Assembly (NCBI GenBank): GCA_036741395.1
Contig: DAINSI010000003.1
Coordinates: forward strand, 4,711-62,064
Origin: Candidatus Dormiibacterota bacterium
GTDB taxonomy: Bacteria > Chloroflexota > Dormibacteria > DASZGP01
Length of the DNA stretch: 57,354 nucleotides
Direction: 5' to 3'
Positions 17,013 through 26,070 of the stretch are shown here, piece by piece. Within the stretch, counting starts at the first letter, position 1, and the number at the start of each line of letters is the position of its first letter. Both the position numbers and the translations under genes were made by a program. The notes under the pieces were generated by a model. The model was given only the letters and a program-made list of their open reading frames with translations, did not search any database and was not told where the DNA came from.

Positions 17013-17819
17013 ATGAGTGAAGCCTCCGCGCCCCTCCGCCGCCGCGACTCGGACCGCCCCAAGGCAACCCGCGACGTTGACCGCATGCAGCTCTACGCGA
17101 TGCCGCCCGGGGACAACCTGCAGCGCCTGCGCAGCGACTTCGTGGCCCTGGAGAAGATGCTCGGGACGATGGAGACTGACGGCTTCACCGGCTACCTGCG
17201 GGTTCATTCTCCCGAGCTCAACGGGGTGGTGCTGCTGGTCGAGGGCGGGGTCGTCGAGACCCTGTTCGACATTCCCCCGGTGGTGGTCACCGGCCAGCGG
17301 GCGCTGGGCATGGTTGCGAGCGCGGTCGCCCAGGGCGAGGGCGACCTGGACATAGTCGCGCTGGACGCCGACATCGTGATGGGCCTGTACCAGCTGCTCA
17401 CCGCACCGAGCCTCTATGAGAACCTCTATGCGCAATTCGTGGACGTGCCTGCGCTCCTGGAATACCTCAGCGAGACCGCCACCAGCGGCAGCGTCATCGT
17501 CACCAACGGCGAGGAGCAGGGCGTGATCCTGATGCGCGACGGGACGCTCTTGACGGCCTACACCAGCCTCTCCAAGAACCCCGAGTCGGCGCCCGAGATG
17601 CTGATCAAGCTCTGCCAGTCGCCGACGACCGAGATCGAGGTTCGTTCCGGCGCCGTCCCGCAGGAGCCGCCGCGGTTGCAGCTCGGCTCAGCCGTGGGCC
17701 TGGCCGGCGGTGGCGACCTGCGCGCCCAGGTGGAGGAGATCGCCGCCGCGCAGTCGGCGTCCGGCATCCCCCGCCGCCTCAGCGACGCCGACTTCGAGGC
17801 CTCCTCCGCCCGAAGGTAA
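17013..17819 (+). CDS. Hypothetical protein with two tandem DUF4388/DUF2226-like repeats
   Basis: FTGYLRV...GVVLLVEGGVV and SGSVIV...GVILMRDGTLL are two similar halves. Confidence 0.6.
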   Translation: MSEASAPLRRRDSDRPKATRDVDRMQLYAMPPGDNLQRLRSDFVALEKMLGTMETDGFTGYLRVHSPELNGVVLLVEGGVVETLFDIPPVVVTGQRALGMVASAVAQGEGDLDIVALDADIVMGLYQLLTAPSLYENLYAQFVDVPALLEYLSETATSGSVIVTNGEEQGVILMRDGTLLTAYTSLSKNPESAPEMLIKLCQSPTTEIEVRSGAVPQEPPRLQLGSAVGLAGGGDLRAQVEEIAAAQSASGIPRRLSDADFEASSARR

Positions 17820-17840
17820 CTGCGGCGGCGCCGGTGGGCC

Positions 17841-18275
17841 CTAAGCGCGCTCCAGGTAGCGCTTGAGGCGCTTCAGGTCGCCGTCGATCTGGCGCTCGAC
17901 GAAGAAGCCCAGGATGGGCTCGCCGATGGCGAAGAGACGGGGCGCCTGGGCCCGGCCCCAGCCCTCGAGGATGGTCGCGCCGCCCTCGCTGTGGAGCCGG
18001 AACCCTGCCTCGAAGAAGAACCGACCTCCAACCGACCGCGCCGCAAACGTCCTCGGCCGCGCGTGCTCATAACACTCCGCGCGCTGGATGAAGGTGATGC
18101 CCAGGAAATGCACGTCCACGGTGACTCGCGTGCCGACATCGAGGATCGGCGTGGACATGCTGTGAAAGCGCTGGATGGGACCGATGTACTCGGCCACGTG
18201 GTCGAGGTTGGCGAGGTAGTCGTAGACCTCGGGCCGCGGGCGCGCGATCTGCAGACGCCGCTCCATTTCGATCAC
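17841..18275 (-). CDS. SRPBCC family protein
   Basis: IARPRPEVYDYLANL, DVGTRV, IDGDLKRLKRYLE; leaderless TAATGT-6nt-GTG. Confidence 0.8.
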   Translation of the reverse strand: MIEMERRLQIARPRPEVYDYLANLDHVAEYIGPIQRFHSMSTPILDVGTRVTVDVHFLGITFIQRAECYEHARPRTFAARSVGGRFFFEAGFRLHSEGGATILEGWGRAQAPRLFAIGEPILGFFVERQIDGDLKRLKRYLERA

Positions 18276-18382
18276 CGCCGAACATTAGCGGGGATTCCTG
18301 GGCCCCACACGTCACCGGATTGAGACCTGAATGACCCCCCGGCTCCGCGAGCCTGGCGGATGAAAGGCGTAGGTTAGTGGTC

Positions 18383-19090
18383 ATGCGACCCACCCGGCTT
18401 CTCCTCGCCCTCGGCCTGGCTGCTGTCGTCCTCGCCGCCGGGGTGTTTTCCGTTTTCGCCACGCCCGCGTTCCACCACGCCCCCCCGGCGCCCGCGCCGA
18501 AGGTCGCCGCCAGGCCCGCCGCTGCCAAGGCCCAGAAGTACTGCAACGCGTTCTTGAGGGACTTTGCCGACCGGCTCCACGTCCACCAGGACCAGGTCCT
18601 TCCCGCGCTGAAGGGGTCGGCGGACGACAGCATCGCCAGCGCCGTCACCGCCGGCGACCTCACCGCCGCCCAGGCCGCCAAGCTGAAGCAGAGGGTCGAC
18701 GCGCTCAAGGGCTGCGACCAGCTGGCATCGCTCAGCTCCCTGGCGCCGAAGGCCGGCGCCGGGTCGCACGCGGGCCCCAACCCGCTCAAGCTGGTCACCA
18801 CCGCCGCCGCCGCCGCCCTCCAGGTCTCGCCCGCAGATCTCCAGAAGGACGTCCTCGCCGGCCAGACGTTGGCCGAGATCGGCAAGACCTCGGGGGTCGC
18901 CCGGGCCGACTTCGACCCCGCGTTCCGGGCCGCCCTGACCGCCCAGCTGGATGCGCAGGTCGCCGCCAACAAGCTGACCAAGGCGCAGGAGACCCAGGCC
19001 GTCGACGAGGCGGTGACGATGGCCGACAAGCTCTGGGACAAGAGCCCCAAGGACCTCGGGTCCTCATTCCTGACCGGCCCCGCGGGCTGA
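18383..19090 (+). CDS. Secreted/anchored helical hypothetical protein
   Basis: Signal peptide, repeated G/K-LT-x-AQ motif, two Cys; TAGGTT-7nt-ATG. Confidence 0.7.
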   Translation: MRPTRLLLALGLAAVVLAAGVFSVFATPAFHHAPPAPAPKVAARPAAAKAQKYCNAFLRDFADRLHVHQDQVLPALKGSADDSIASAVTAGDLTAAQAAKLKQRVDALKGCDQLASLSSLAPKAGAGSHAGPNPLKLVTTAAAAALQVSPADLQKDVLAGQTLAEIGKTSGVARADFDPAFRAALTAQLDAQVAANKLTKAQETQAVDEAVTMADKLWDKSPKDLGSSFLTGPAG

Positions 19091-19326
19091 CGCCCGGCCG
19101 CATCCTGGTCTACAGCACCCCCTGGTGCTCCGACTGCTTCATCGCCAAGCGCGTCCTCAATCAGCAGGGCATCGAGTACGACGAGATCGACATCGACAAG
19201 CACCCGGAGGCCGTCGCCGAGGTGCTGCGGCTGAACAACGGCATGCGCAGCGTCCCCACCATCGTCTTCCCGGACGGGTCGGTCCTGGTCGAGCCGACCC
19301 GCCGCGAGCTGCTGGCCAGGTTTTAG
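19087..19326 (+). CDS. Glutaredoxin/mycoredoxin-like protein, apparent CTG start
   Basis: Absent from the ORF track. LTPGRILVYSTPWCSDCFIAKRVL...NNGMRSVPTIVFPDGSVLVEP; CxxC and cis-Pro VPT motifs; CTG overlaps the upstream TGA. Confidence 0.85.
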   Translation: MTPGRILVYSTPWCSDCFIAKRVLNQQGIEYDEIDIDKHPEAVAEVLRLNNGMRSVPTIVFPDGSVLVEPTRRELLARF

Positions 19327-19341
19327 TGGTCCACTAGGCCG

Positions 19342-20154
19342 ATGCGACTGGCCATTCCCGGCAACCGCACCGAGCTGGGTCGGGCGCTCGCCCGGGCCGC
19401 CACCGAGCTGGGTCATGACCTGGCCGATTCCGGCGCGGTCGACGCCTATGTCGACGTTCAGCACCAGGTGCCCAACTCCCTGCTCCACGACGGCCACGCC
19501 TGGAAGGGCTACGTGGACCGCGCCGTCGGCCGCACCCAGCGTCGCCTCCACGAGGCCCGGTCGCGGGGCGCCGGGACCTATGTCTATGCGAGCTACAGCT
19601 TCCTCCGCGGGGTCGACCAGCCGGAGCGTCTGAAGGACCCGCTGAGGGCGATCGCGCACACCTCCCTGGCCATCGAGGAGATGGTGCTGGCGGCCCCTGG
19701 ACGCAGCTGTGTCGTCCGCCTCGGCTATCTCTACGGCCCGTCGATGAATGACCTGCGCAAGTACCGGACCGCATTCAGGCTGGGACGCCCGTACTGGCCG
19801 GGGCCGCGCCGGGCGGCGCAGGACAACCTGCACCAGGTCGATGCCGCGACCGCGCTGCTGGCGGCCGCCGGCACCCGTAGTCGCGGGCGTCTCTTCTACG
19901 CCACCGACGGCCGCCCGGTGCCGTTCATGGAGTGGATGGACCATTTTGCCAGGCTGGTCGGCAACCCCCTGCCGCTGCACATGAGCGGAATCTTCAAGCT
20001 GTCGGCGCAGCTCATCATCCGCGAGGAGCACATGCAGCTGGTCAAGCTCCCCATGCCCACCGACCCGCCGTCACCGATGGTGCCGGGCTGGAAGCCGAGG
20101 TACCCCGACTACCGCATCGCGCTGGACGAAACGATCGCGGAGTGGAAGCGCTAG
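19342..20154 (+). CDS. Atypical NAD(P)-dependent epimerase/dehydratase-like protein
   Basis: VVRLGYLYGP, LHQVDAATA, GWKPRYPDY; the N-terminal GxxGxxG motif is degenerate. Confidence 0.65.
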   Translation: MRLAIPGNRTELGRALARAATELGHDLADSGAVDAYVDVQHQVPNSLLHDGHAWKGYVDRAVGRTQRRLHEARSRGAGTYVYASYSFLRGVDQPERLKDPLRAIAHTSLAIEEMVLAAPGRSCVVRLGYLYGPSMNDLRKYRTAFRLGRPYWPGPRRAAQDNLHQVDAATALLAAAGTRSRGRLFYATDGRPVPFMEWMDHFARLVGNPLPLHMSGIFKLSAQLIIREEHMQLVKLPMPTDPPSPMVPGWKPRYPDYRIALDETIAEWKR

Positions 20155-23051
20155 CTGCCTGAAGGATGGCTGGCCGGGCGCCGGCGTCGCGGCAACAGGG
20201 CCGCCAGGAGCGCGACCAGGAGCGCGGCAATGGTGAGGGGCCAGCCGTAATTGGCCGTCGACGTCCCCGGCGTGCCCCCGGTGCCGATGCTCGCGGTCCC
20301 CGGCCCGGGCAGCTGTGGCGGGCAGGCCAGCGAAAGGGGCGCGGGCGCCGCCGGGGTCAGGGTGTGCACCACCGGCCCGACCGCGGCGGCCATCCCGGGC
20401 ATCCCCAGCTTGACCTCGCTGACGTGGAGCAGGTGCGCCAGCAGGGCCTGGGACATGTCCTGGTCGACCCCGGGGGTGACCTGCGCCAGCATCTCGTGCG
20501 CCTGTAAAAGCTCCGGCGGCGAGCCGGCAGTCATCACGGGGATGGCGGCGTTGGGGACCTGTCGCGGCTGCAGGGGATACGCCGGCGTCAGGTTGTCGGG
20601 GTTGGAGGTGAAGTAATCGGCCATGCTGGTCGCCGCCAGTTCCTGCACCGAGCTCGGCGACGCGCCCAGCATCAGGTCCATCGTCTTGACCATCGAGTAG
20701 GTGCTGTGGTGCACGTGCGAGATGTAGTTCCTCTTGGCGTAGGGCCCGGCCACCAGCACCAGCGAACGGTTGGCGTCAAGGTGGTCCTCGCCGCCCTGGG
20801 TGTCGTCCTCGACCACGAACACCGCGGTGTCGTGCCACACGGCTGACTTGCTCAGGCCCTCGATGATGCGGCCCAGGGCGTGGTCGTTGGTGGCGACATA
20901 GCTCTCGTCGGTGAGGCTGCCCCCGGTGTGGTCGTTGGGCAGGAGCAGGAAGGAGAACTGCGGCATCGTGAGGTCGGTCCGGGTGCTCAGCTCGTTGACG
21001 TAGTAGTTGGCGCGTTGCTCGTCGGAGAAGGTGGTGGGGCTGGGGATCTGAGTCGGGTAGCCCACGACCGGGTCGATGGGCGCCAGGAAGCTGTTGTACT
21101 GGACCCCGTACGTGGGCGCGCGGACATCGGGCTCGGACGGGTCCGGCGTGACCAGCGCCGGAGTCACAGGCCCGCCCCCGGTGAGGTAGAGGGCCTCGCC
21201 GTAGACCCGCGTCGAGATCCCGGCGCGGAAGTAGTTGGTCCAGATGAAGCCGTTCTGTGGAACGCTCTCCGGCGCGGTGCCCATCAGCTGGGCGCTGCCG
21301 CCGAGGTTGCCGTTCTTGAACGTGGGGTCCAGCTTGAAGTCCCACTCGTTGTCCTGGCCGGTTCCGACCACCCAGTGTCCGCCGACGCTGTCGATAACAA
21401 AGTCATAGAAGTTGTCGCCGGTGCCGTAGCGGCGGGCGATGGCGTGGTGGTTGGGGGTGACCGCGCCCCCGAAGTCGGCCAGGGAGGGATCGCGCTCGGC
21501 CCCGGGCAGATCGCCGAGGATCTGGTCGAAGGTCCGGTTCTCCTTCTCGATGAAGACGACGTGCTTGATCTTCTGCGACGGGCCCTGGCCGAAGGCCGCC
21601 GGCACCACCGAGGTGTCGCCCGTCGCCGCGCCCGCGACCAGGCCGTCGTCATGGGCCACGACCGCGGTGGTGGCCTGGAGGTCGACGCATCCCAGGGGCA
21701 CGTCCTGCAGTGTCCCGCGCTGCAGGTTGGCCGCCACCCGAGCCTCGCTCCCGGGCGGCCCCAGGGTGACCCCGCTGCCCGAGCCATAACCCTTGGCGCT
21801 GGCGATGTAGAGGTGTTGGCCATCGCTGCTGACCTGCACCGCCGAGGGGTACCAGGTGGTGGGGATGTGGCCGTAGATCACCCCGCTGGCGACGTCCACC
21901 GCCGCCACCGCGTTGAGGCCGCCCTCGGCAACGTAGAGGGTGGTGCCGTCGGGAGCCCAGGCCAGGGCGTTGGGCTGCACCCCGGTGGGTCCCTCCTTGG
22001 GTGCGCCCGGGTAGAGCCGCATGTCGATGTTGCGCAACAGCGCGCCGGTGCCGGCGTCAAGCAGGGCCACCAGCTGGTCGTTGGAGCTGGTCACCGCCAG
22101 CGTCTTGCCGTCCGGCGAGAGCGCGATCGATGAGGGCAGGCTGCCGCTGAGGATGCGGAAGCCGTCCAGGTCGCGCCCGATCCGGGTCTTGGCGATCACC
22201 GCGGGGCTGCCGGGGTTGCTCAGGTCGTAGGTCCACACCGAGGACGACTGCGGCGTGTTGTACCCGGTGGGCGGCGGCACATCGACCGGCGGATTGGGGA
22301 TCTGGGTGCCGGGGTTGTCGTTGCCCTGCGGGTTGAACATCCCCCAGTTGGTCACGTAGGCCCGCGTGCCGTCGGGCGAGAGCATGACCCCGTAGGGCCA
22401 TTCGCCGGTGGGCACGCTGGCGACCTGCAATTTCGTGGAGGTGTCGACGACGTCCAGGGTGTCCGAGCGCAGGCCGGCGGCGTAGAGGTAGCGCCCGGCG
22501 GGGTGCAGGGCCAGCCCCCACGGGTAATCCTTCGCGCCCAGGCTGATCTTGCCCGTCCGCGCCAGCGAGCCGGTGTCGAAGATCCCAATCGAGCCCGTGC
22601 CTCCCTCGCTCACGTACAGGCTGCGGCCGTCCAGGGAGTCGACCAGGCCGTAGTTGAGGGCGTCGTCGCGGACGCGGCGCAGCGCCAGCGTGGTCGGGTC
22701 GACGATGGAGAGGTAGCGCTCCCGGGCCTTGTTGTCGGCGAGGTTGTCGTTGACCCCCTCAGACGACAGGAAGAGGTGCCGGTGATCGTGCGACCAGGCC
22801 AGGTTGAGCGGCATCAGGTCGGTGCGCACGGTGTGACCCGCCGGCGTCACGAAGCGGCCGTCGGGGAGGACCGCGGTGCCCTCGCTGCCGATGTGCGCGG
22901 GCAGGTTGCCGGCGGGCGAGGTCATGACCGCGCCGATCGGTGGGGCCAGCGTCACGGCAAGGCGGGCACGCGCGCCGGGCGCGGCCTGGACCGGCGCGAC
23001 CACCAGCGCGAGCCCCAGCGCAATCCCCATCAACAGGTGGCGCAGTTTCAC
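20151..23051 (-). CDS. Secreted YVTN/YncE beta-propeller plus phosphoesterase (alkaline phosphatase fold), C-terminal sorting signal
   Basis: Signal peptide; repeats such as PWGLALHP and PYGVMLSPDG..YVTN; KHVVFIEKENRTFD, DDTQGGEDHLD; GTPGTS-TM-RRRR. Confidence 0.88.
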   Translation of the reverse strand: MKLRHLLMGIALGLALVVAPVQAAPGARARLAVTLAPPIGAVMTSPAGNLPAHIGSEGTAVLPDGRFVTPAGHTVRTDLMPLNLAWSHDHRHLFLSSEGVNDNLADNKARERYLSIVDPTTLALRRVRDDALNYGLVDSLDGRSLYVSEGGTGSIGIFDTGSLARTGKISLGAKDYPWGLALHPAGRYLYAAGLRSDTLDVVDTSTKLQVASVPTGEWPYGVMLSPDGTRAYVTNWGMFNPQGNDNPGTQIPNPPVDVPPPTGYNTPQSSSVWTYDLSNPGSPAVIAKTRIGRDLDGFRILSGSLPSSIALSPDGKTLAVTSSNDQLVALLDAGTGALLRNIDMRLYPGAPKEGPTGVQPNALAWAPDGTTLYVAEGGLNAVAAVDVASGVIYGHIPTTWYPSAVQVSSDGQHLYIASAKGYGSGSGVTLGPPGSEARVAANLQRGTLQDVPLGCVDLQATTAVVAHDDGLVAGAATGDTSVVPAAFGQGPSQKIKHVVFIEKENRTFDQILGDLPGAERDPSLADFGGAVTPNHHAIARRYGTGDNFYDFVIDSVGGHWVVGTGQDNEWDFKLDPTFKNGNLGGSAQLMGTAPESVPQNGFIWTNYFRAGISTRVYGEALYLTGGGPVTPALVTPDPSEPDVRAPTYGVQYNSFLAPIDPVVGYPTQIPSPTTFSDEQRANYYVNELSTRTDLTMPQFSFLLLPNDHTGGSLTDESYVATNDHALGRIIEGLSKSAVWHDTAVFVVEDDTQGGEDHLDANRSLVLVAGPYAKRNYISHVHHSTYSMVKTMDLMLGASPSSVQELAATSMADYFTSNPDNLTPAYPLQPRQVPNAAIPVMTAGSPPELLQAHEMLAQVTPGVDQDMSQALLAHLLHVSEVKLGMPGMAAAVGPVVHTLTPAAPAPLSLACPPQLPGPGTASIGTGGTPGTSTANYGWPLTIAALLVALLAALLPRRRRPASHPSGS

Positions 23052-24226
23052 CCGGCGAGTTCTCGCAGGACCTGCGCCAGGGCGGGCACGAATTGCGCCG
23101 CGTTGTCCCAGTAATCATGTGCCGCAAGGCCGCCTGCCGGGCTGTTGGCCACGTTGTCGATGGGGCGGTCGGCCACGTGGGCCTGGTCCAGGAAGCCGCC
23201 GCCGCGGCGCAGCCGAAACAGGCCTCCCTCGCCGGGTGGGACGGTCGCGTCGGTCAGTGGTCGCCACTCCATTGGGGGCGCGAGGGGGTCGGCAACGGGG
23301 TCGAGCCGGTCCCAGAAGTTGAGCCAGGGCACCTCGCCCACCCCCGCCAGGTCGCGGGTCTGGCCGAAGAAGTCAACGTACTTGCGCAGTGGGCTGCCCG
23401 CGGTGACAAAGGCGCCGATGCGCTGCAGCTGCTGCGTCGATAGCGACTGCAGGGTGTCGAAGCAGACCACGGTGCCGTGGCTGTGGCCGTTGACCACGAC
23501 CGCCGTGACGTCGTCGCGCGCCAGCAGGCGCTGCAGCACCTCGGCGACAAAGTCCAGGACCCGGTCGTGGAGGCGGTGGTCGTAGACGTACGAGGCCACG
23601 TCGTCCTCGAGCTGGACCAGGGTGTCGCCGGCGGTCGCGCCGGGCGGCACGTTCTTGCGGTTCTTGAGGGGGTGGGGGAGCATGCGGCGGTGGGGGATGT
23701 CCTCGCGGATGCGGTTCCCCGGTCCGGGGTCGGCGGCGCTCGGCTTGATCGCGCGCAGGTCCTGGCGCAGCAGCCGCCAGACCGTCAGCGGCGACGCGTA
23801 GTGGCCGAGGTGCAGGAGCGCGGAGAAGAGGGCGCGCAACCCCAGCCAGAGCCGGGGGCGGGTCGACTCCAGGCCCGCGTAGACCACAGCGACGTGCCCG
23901 ATGGCGCTCCCCGGTGCCGCCAGCGGCCGGTCGCTCCAGTCCAGCGAGCCGTCCGGCAGGCGCGCCGCGATGCGGTCCAGGCCCAACTCAATGTCGCCGC
24001 TGCGGGGCGGCCACTCGCTGGATACATACACCGCGCCGGCCTCGCCCGGCGCGTTGCGCTCCCGGCGGGGGTCGTCGCCGAAGAGTGGGCCCAGCACCTT
24101 TCGAAGGTGAAGGTGGAGCGCGTCGGCATACCCGGGCACGTCCGGCTCGTGCGGTGGCTGCTGGAAACCGATGCCGTGCACTGTGAGCAGGCAGACCAGA
24201 CCAGGCTTCGAAGGTGACCCAGGCAT
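23048..24226 (-). CDS. Alpha/beta-hydrolase-like protein
   Basis: VHGIG, GHSHG, FVTAGSPL, NFWDRLDPVA, HDYW; coupled (GTGA) to the phosphoesterase. Confidence 0.7.
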   Translation of the reverse strand: MPGSPSKPGLVCLLTVHGIGFQQPPHEPDVPGYADALHLHLRKVLGPLFGDDPRRERNAPGEAGAVYVSSEWPPRSGDIELGLDRIAARLPDGSLDWSDRPLAAPGSAIGHVAVVYAGLESTRPRLWLGLRALFSALLHLGHYASPLTVWRLLRQDLRAIKPSAADPGPGNRIREDIPHRRMLPHPLKNRKNVPPGATAGDTLVQLEDDVASYVYDHRLHDRVLDFVAEVLQRLLARDDVTAVVVNGHSHGTVVCFDTLQSLSTQQLQRIGAFVTAGSPLRKYVDFFGQTRDLAGVGEVPWLNFWDRLDPVADPLAPPMEWRPLTDATVPPGEGGLFRLRRGGGFLDQAHVADRPIDNVANSPAGGLAAHDYWDNAAQFVPALAQVLRELAG

Positions 24227-24318
24227 GAGCGCGCATTATCCCGCGCCGGGTTCCCAATATGGACGTGCGCCTATACAATGGCGCCGCCGGTCGACTTCGA
24301 CCGGCACCGGAGGAGCAC

Positions 24319-26040
24319 GTGGCACGCGCATCGCAGATTCCCTCCGGCTCGGCATCTCCGCGCAGGGCACCGGGGGACGGTCGCCGGCGGAGTCCCGCGC
24401 CTGCCGAGCACCTGCGGGCGGTGCTCGAGAACGCCCCCCTGGTGCTCTTCGCGCTAGGCCCGGACGGCATCGTGACGATCTGCCAGGGCAGCGGCCTGCT
24501 CGGGATCAGCCCGGAGACCGCCGGCGCGGTCGTGGGGCAGTCGGTCTACGAGGTCTTCGCCAACGTGCCCCAGGTCCAGCGGTTGGTGCGCAGCGCCCTC
24601 GAGGGCCACGAGGAGGCGATGGTGATCGAGGTCGAGGGGCGCCACTTCGACACTCGCGTCGTGCCCGTGCTCGACTCGCGCGGTACCGTGGTTGAGGTCA
24701 TCGCGGTCGGCACCGACATCACCGAGCGGCGCCGCAGCGAGGAGGCGCTGCTGCACCAGGCCATGCATGACACCCTGACCGGCTTCGCCAACCGCAGCAA
24801 GTTCGAGCTCGGTCTCAACGAGGGCATCGCCCGCGCCGAGATGGAGCGATCGATGGTCGGGGCCCTGCTCATCGACCTCGTCGACTTTCGCCACGTCAAC
24901 AATTGCTACGGCCACGCCGTCGGTGACGACCTCCTGCGCCAGGTCGCCGGCCGGATGGCGGAGGTGGTACCGGGCACGGCCCTTCCCGCGCGCTTCGGCG
25001 GGGATGACTTTGCGGTGCTGATGCCCGACCTCAAGCAGAAGGACGAGCCGATTGTGCTGGCGAGGAAGCTGGTCGACGCCATCCAGGAGCCGTTCAGCAT
25101 CGACGGCAACGTCGTCAGCCTGATGTGCAGCGTCGGCGTGGCCACCTTCCCCCGGCACGCCGCCAACGCCGACACCCTGCTGCGCCGCGCCGAGGCGGCC
25201 CTGGAGACCGCCAACCGCACCGCCCTGGGGGTCGCGGTCTACTCCCGCGAGGACGACGAGTTCAACCCCCGCCGGCTGACCCTGCTGGGGCAGCTGCGCC
25301 GGGCGATCGCCGACGGCGCCCTCATCCTCCACTACCAACCCAAGCTCTCGGTGCGCACGGGCAGGATCGAGAGCGTGGAGGCGCTGGTGCGCTGGCCGCA
25401 TCCCGACCATGGCCTGATCCCGCCCGGCGAGTTCATCGGCCTCGCCGAGCAGACCGGGCTGATCCGGCCGCTCACGGTCTGGGCCATCGGCGAGGCGCTG
25501 CGCCAGGCCCAGCGTTTCGTGGATCGTGGCGAGCAGATCCGCATCGCCCTCAACCTGTCGGCGCGGGACCTCCAGGATCCTCGGCTCCCGCTGGCAATAG
25601 AAAAGGAGGTCGGCGACTGCGGCCTGGGCTGCTCCAGCCTGGAGTTCGAGCTCACCGAGAGCGCGGTGATGGCCGACCCGGCGCGCGCCATGGACACCCT
25701 GCAGCGGCTCAGCGAGATGGGCTTCGCGCTCTCGATCGACGACTTCGGCACCGGTTACTCGTCGCTGAGCTACCTGCAGCGGCTCCCGGCCGACGAGGTC
25801 AAGATCGACCAGTCCTTCGTCAAGGACATGGTCCATGACGAGTACGACCGCGCCATCGTCCGCGCCACCATCGAGCTGGGCCACAAGCTGCACATGTCGG
25901 TGGTTGCCGAGGGCGTGGAGGACCAGGCTACGCACGAGCTTCTCGCCGGCATGGGATGCGACGTCCTGCAGGGCTACCAGGTGTGCCGGCCGCTCCCCTC
26001 GGAGGAGCTGGGCGCGTGGCTGGCGGAGCGCCAGAACTGA
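24319..26040 (+). CDS. PAS-GGDEF-EAL protein, probably a c-di-GMP phosphodiesterase
   Basis: PAS ending DITERR; GGDDF; EAL, NLS, ELTE, DDFGTGYSSL, KID, EGVE, QG. GTG 24319 follows GGAGG; the ORF-track start is 24259. Confidence 0.92.
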   Translation: MARASQIPSGSASPRRAPGDGRRRSPAPAEHLRAVLENAPLVLFALGPDGIVTICQGSGLLGISPETAGAVVGQSVYEVFANVPQVQRLVRSALEGHEEAMVIEVEGRHFDTRVVPVLDSRGTVVEVIAVGTDITERRRSEEALLHQAMHDTLTGFANRSKFELGLNEGIARAEMERSMVGALLIDLVDFRHVNNCYGHAVGDDLLRQVAGRMAEVVPGTALPARFGGDDFAVLMPDLKQKDEPIVLARKLVDAIQEPFSIDGNVVSLMCSVGVATFPRHAANADTLLRRAEAALETANRTALGVAVYSREDDEFNPRRLTLLGQLRRAIADGALILHYQPKLSVRTGRIESVEALVRWPHPDHGLIPPGEFIGLAEQTGLIRPLTVWAIGEALRQAQRFVDRGEQIRIALNLSARDLQDPRLPLAIEKEVGDCGLGCSSLEFELTESAVMADPARAMDTLQRLSEMGFALSIDDFGTGYSSLSYLQRLPADEVKIDQSFVKDMVHDEYDRAIVRATIELGHKLHMSVVAEGVEDQATHELLAGMGCDVLQGYQVCRPLPSEELGAWLAERQN

Positions 26041-26070
26041 CCTAGCCGGCGCGGGTACGCTTACCGCCCC

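Noticed and set aside
18067-20031. 654-aa minus ORF
   Set aside because: Antisense to three plus-strand genes that have clear motifs.
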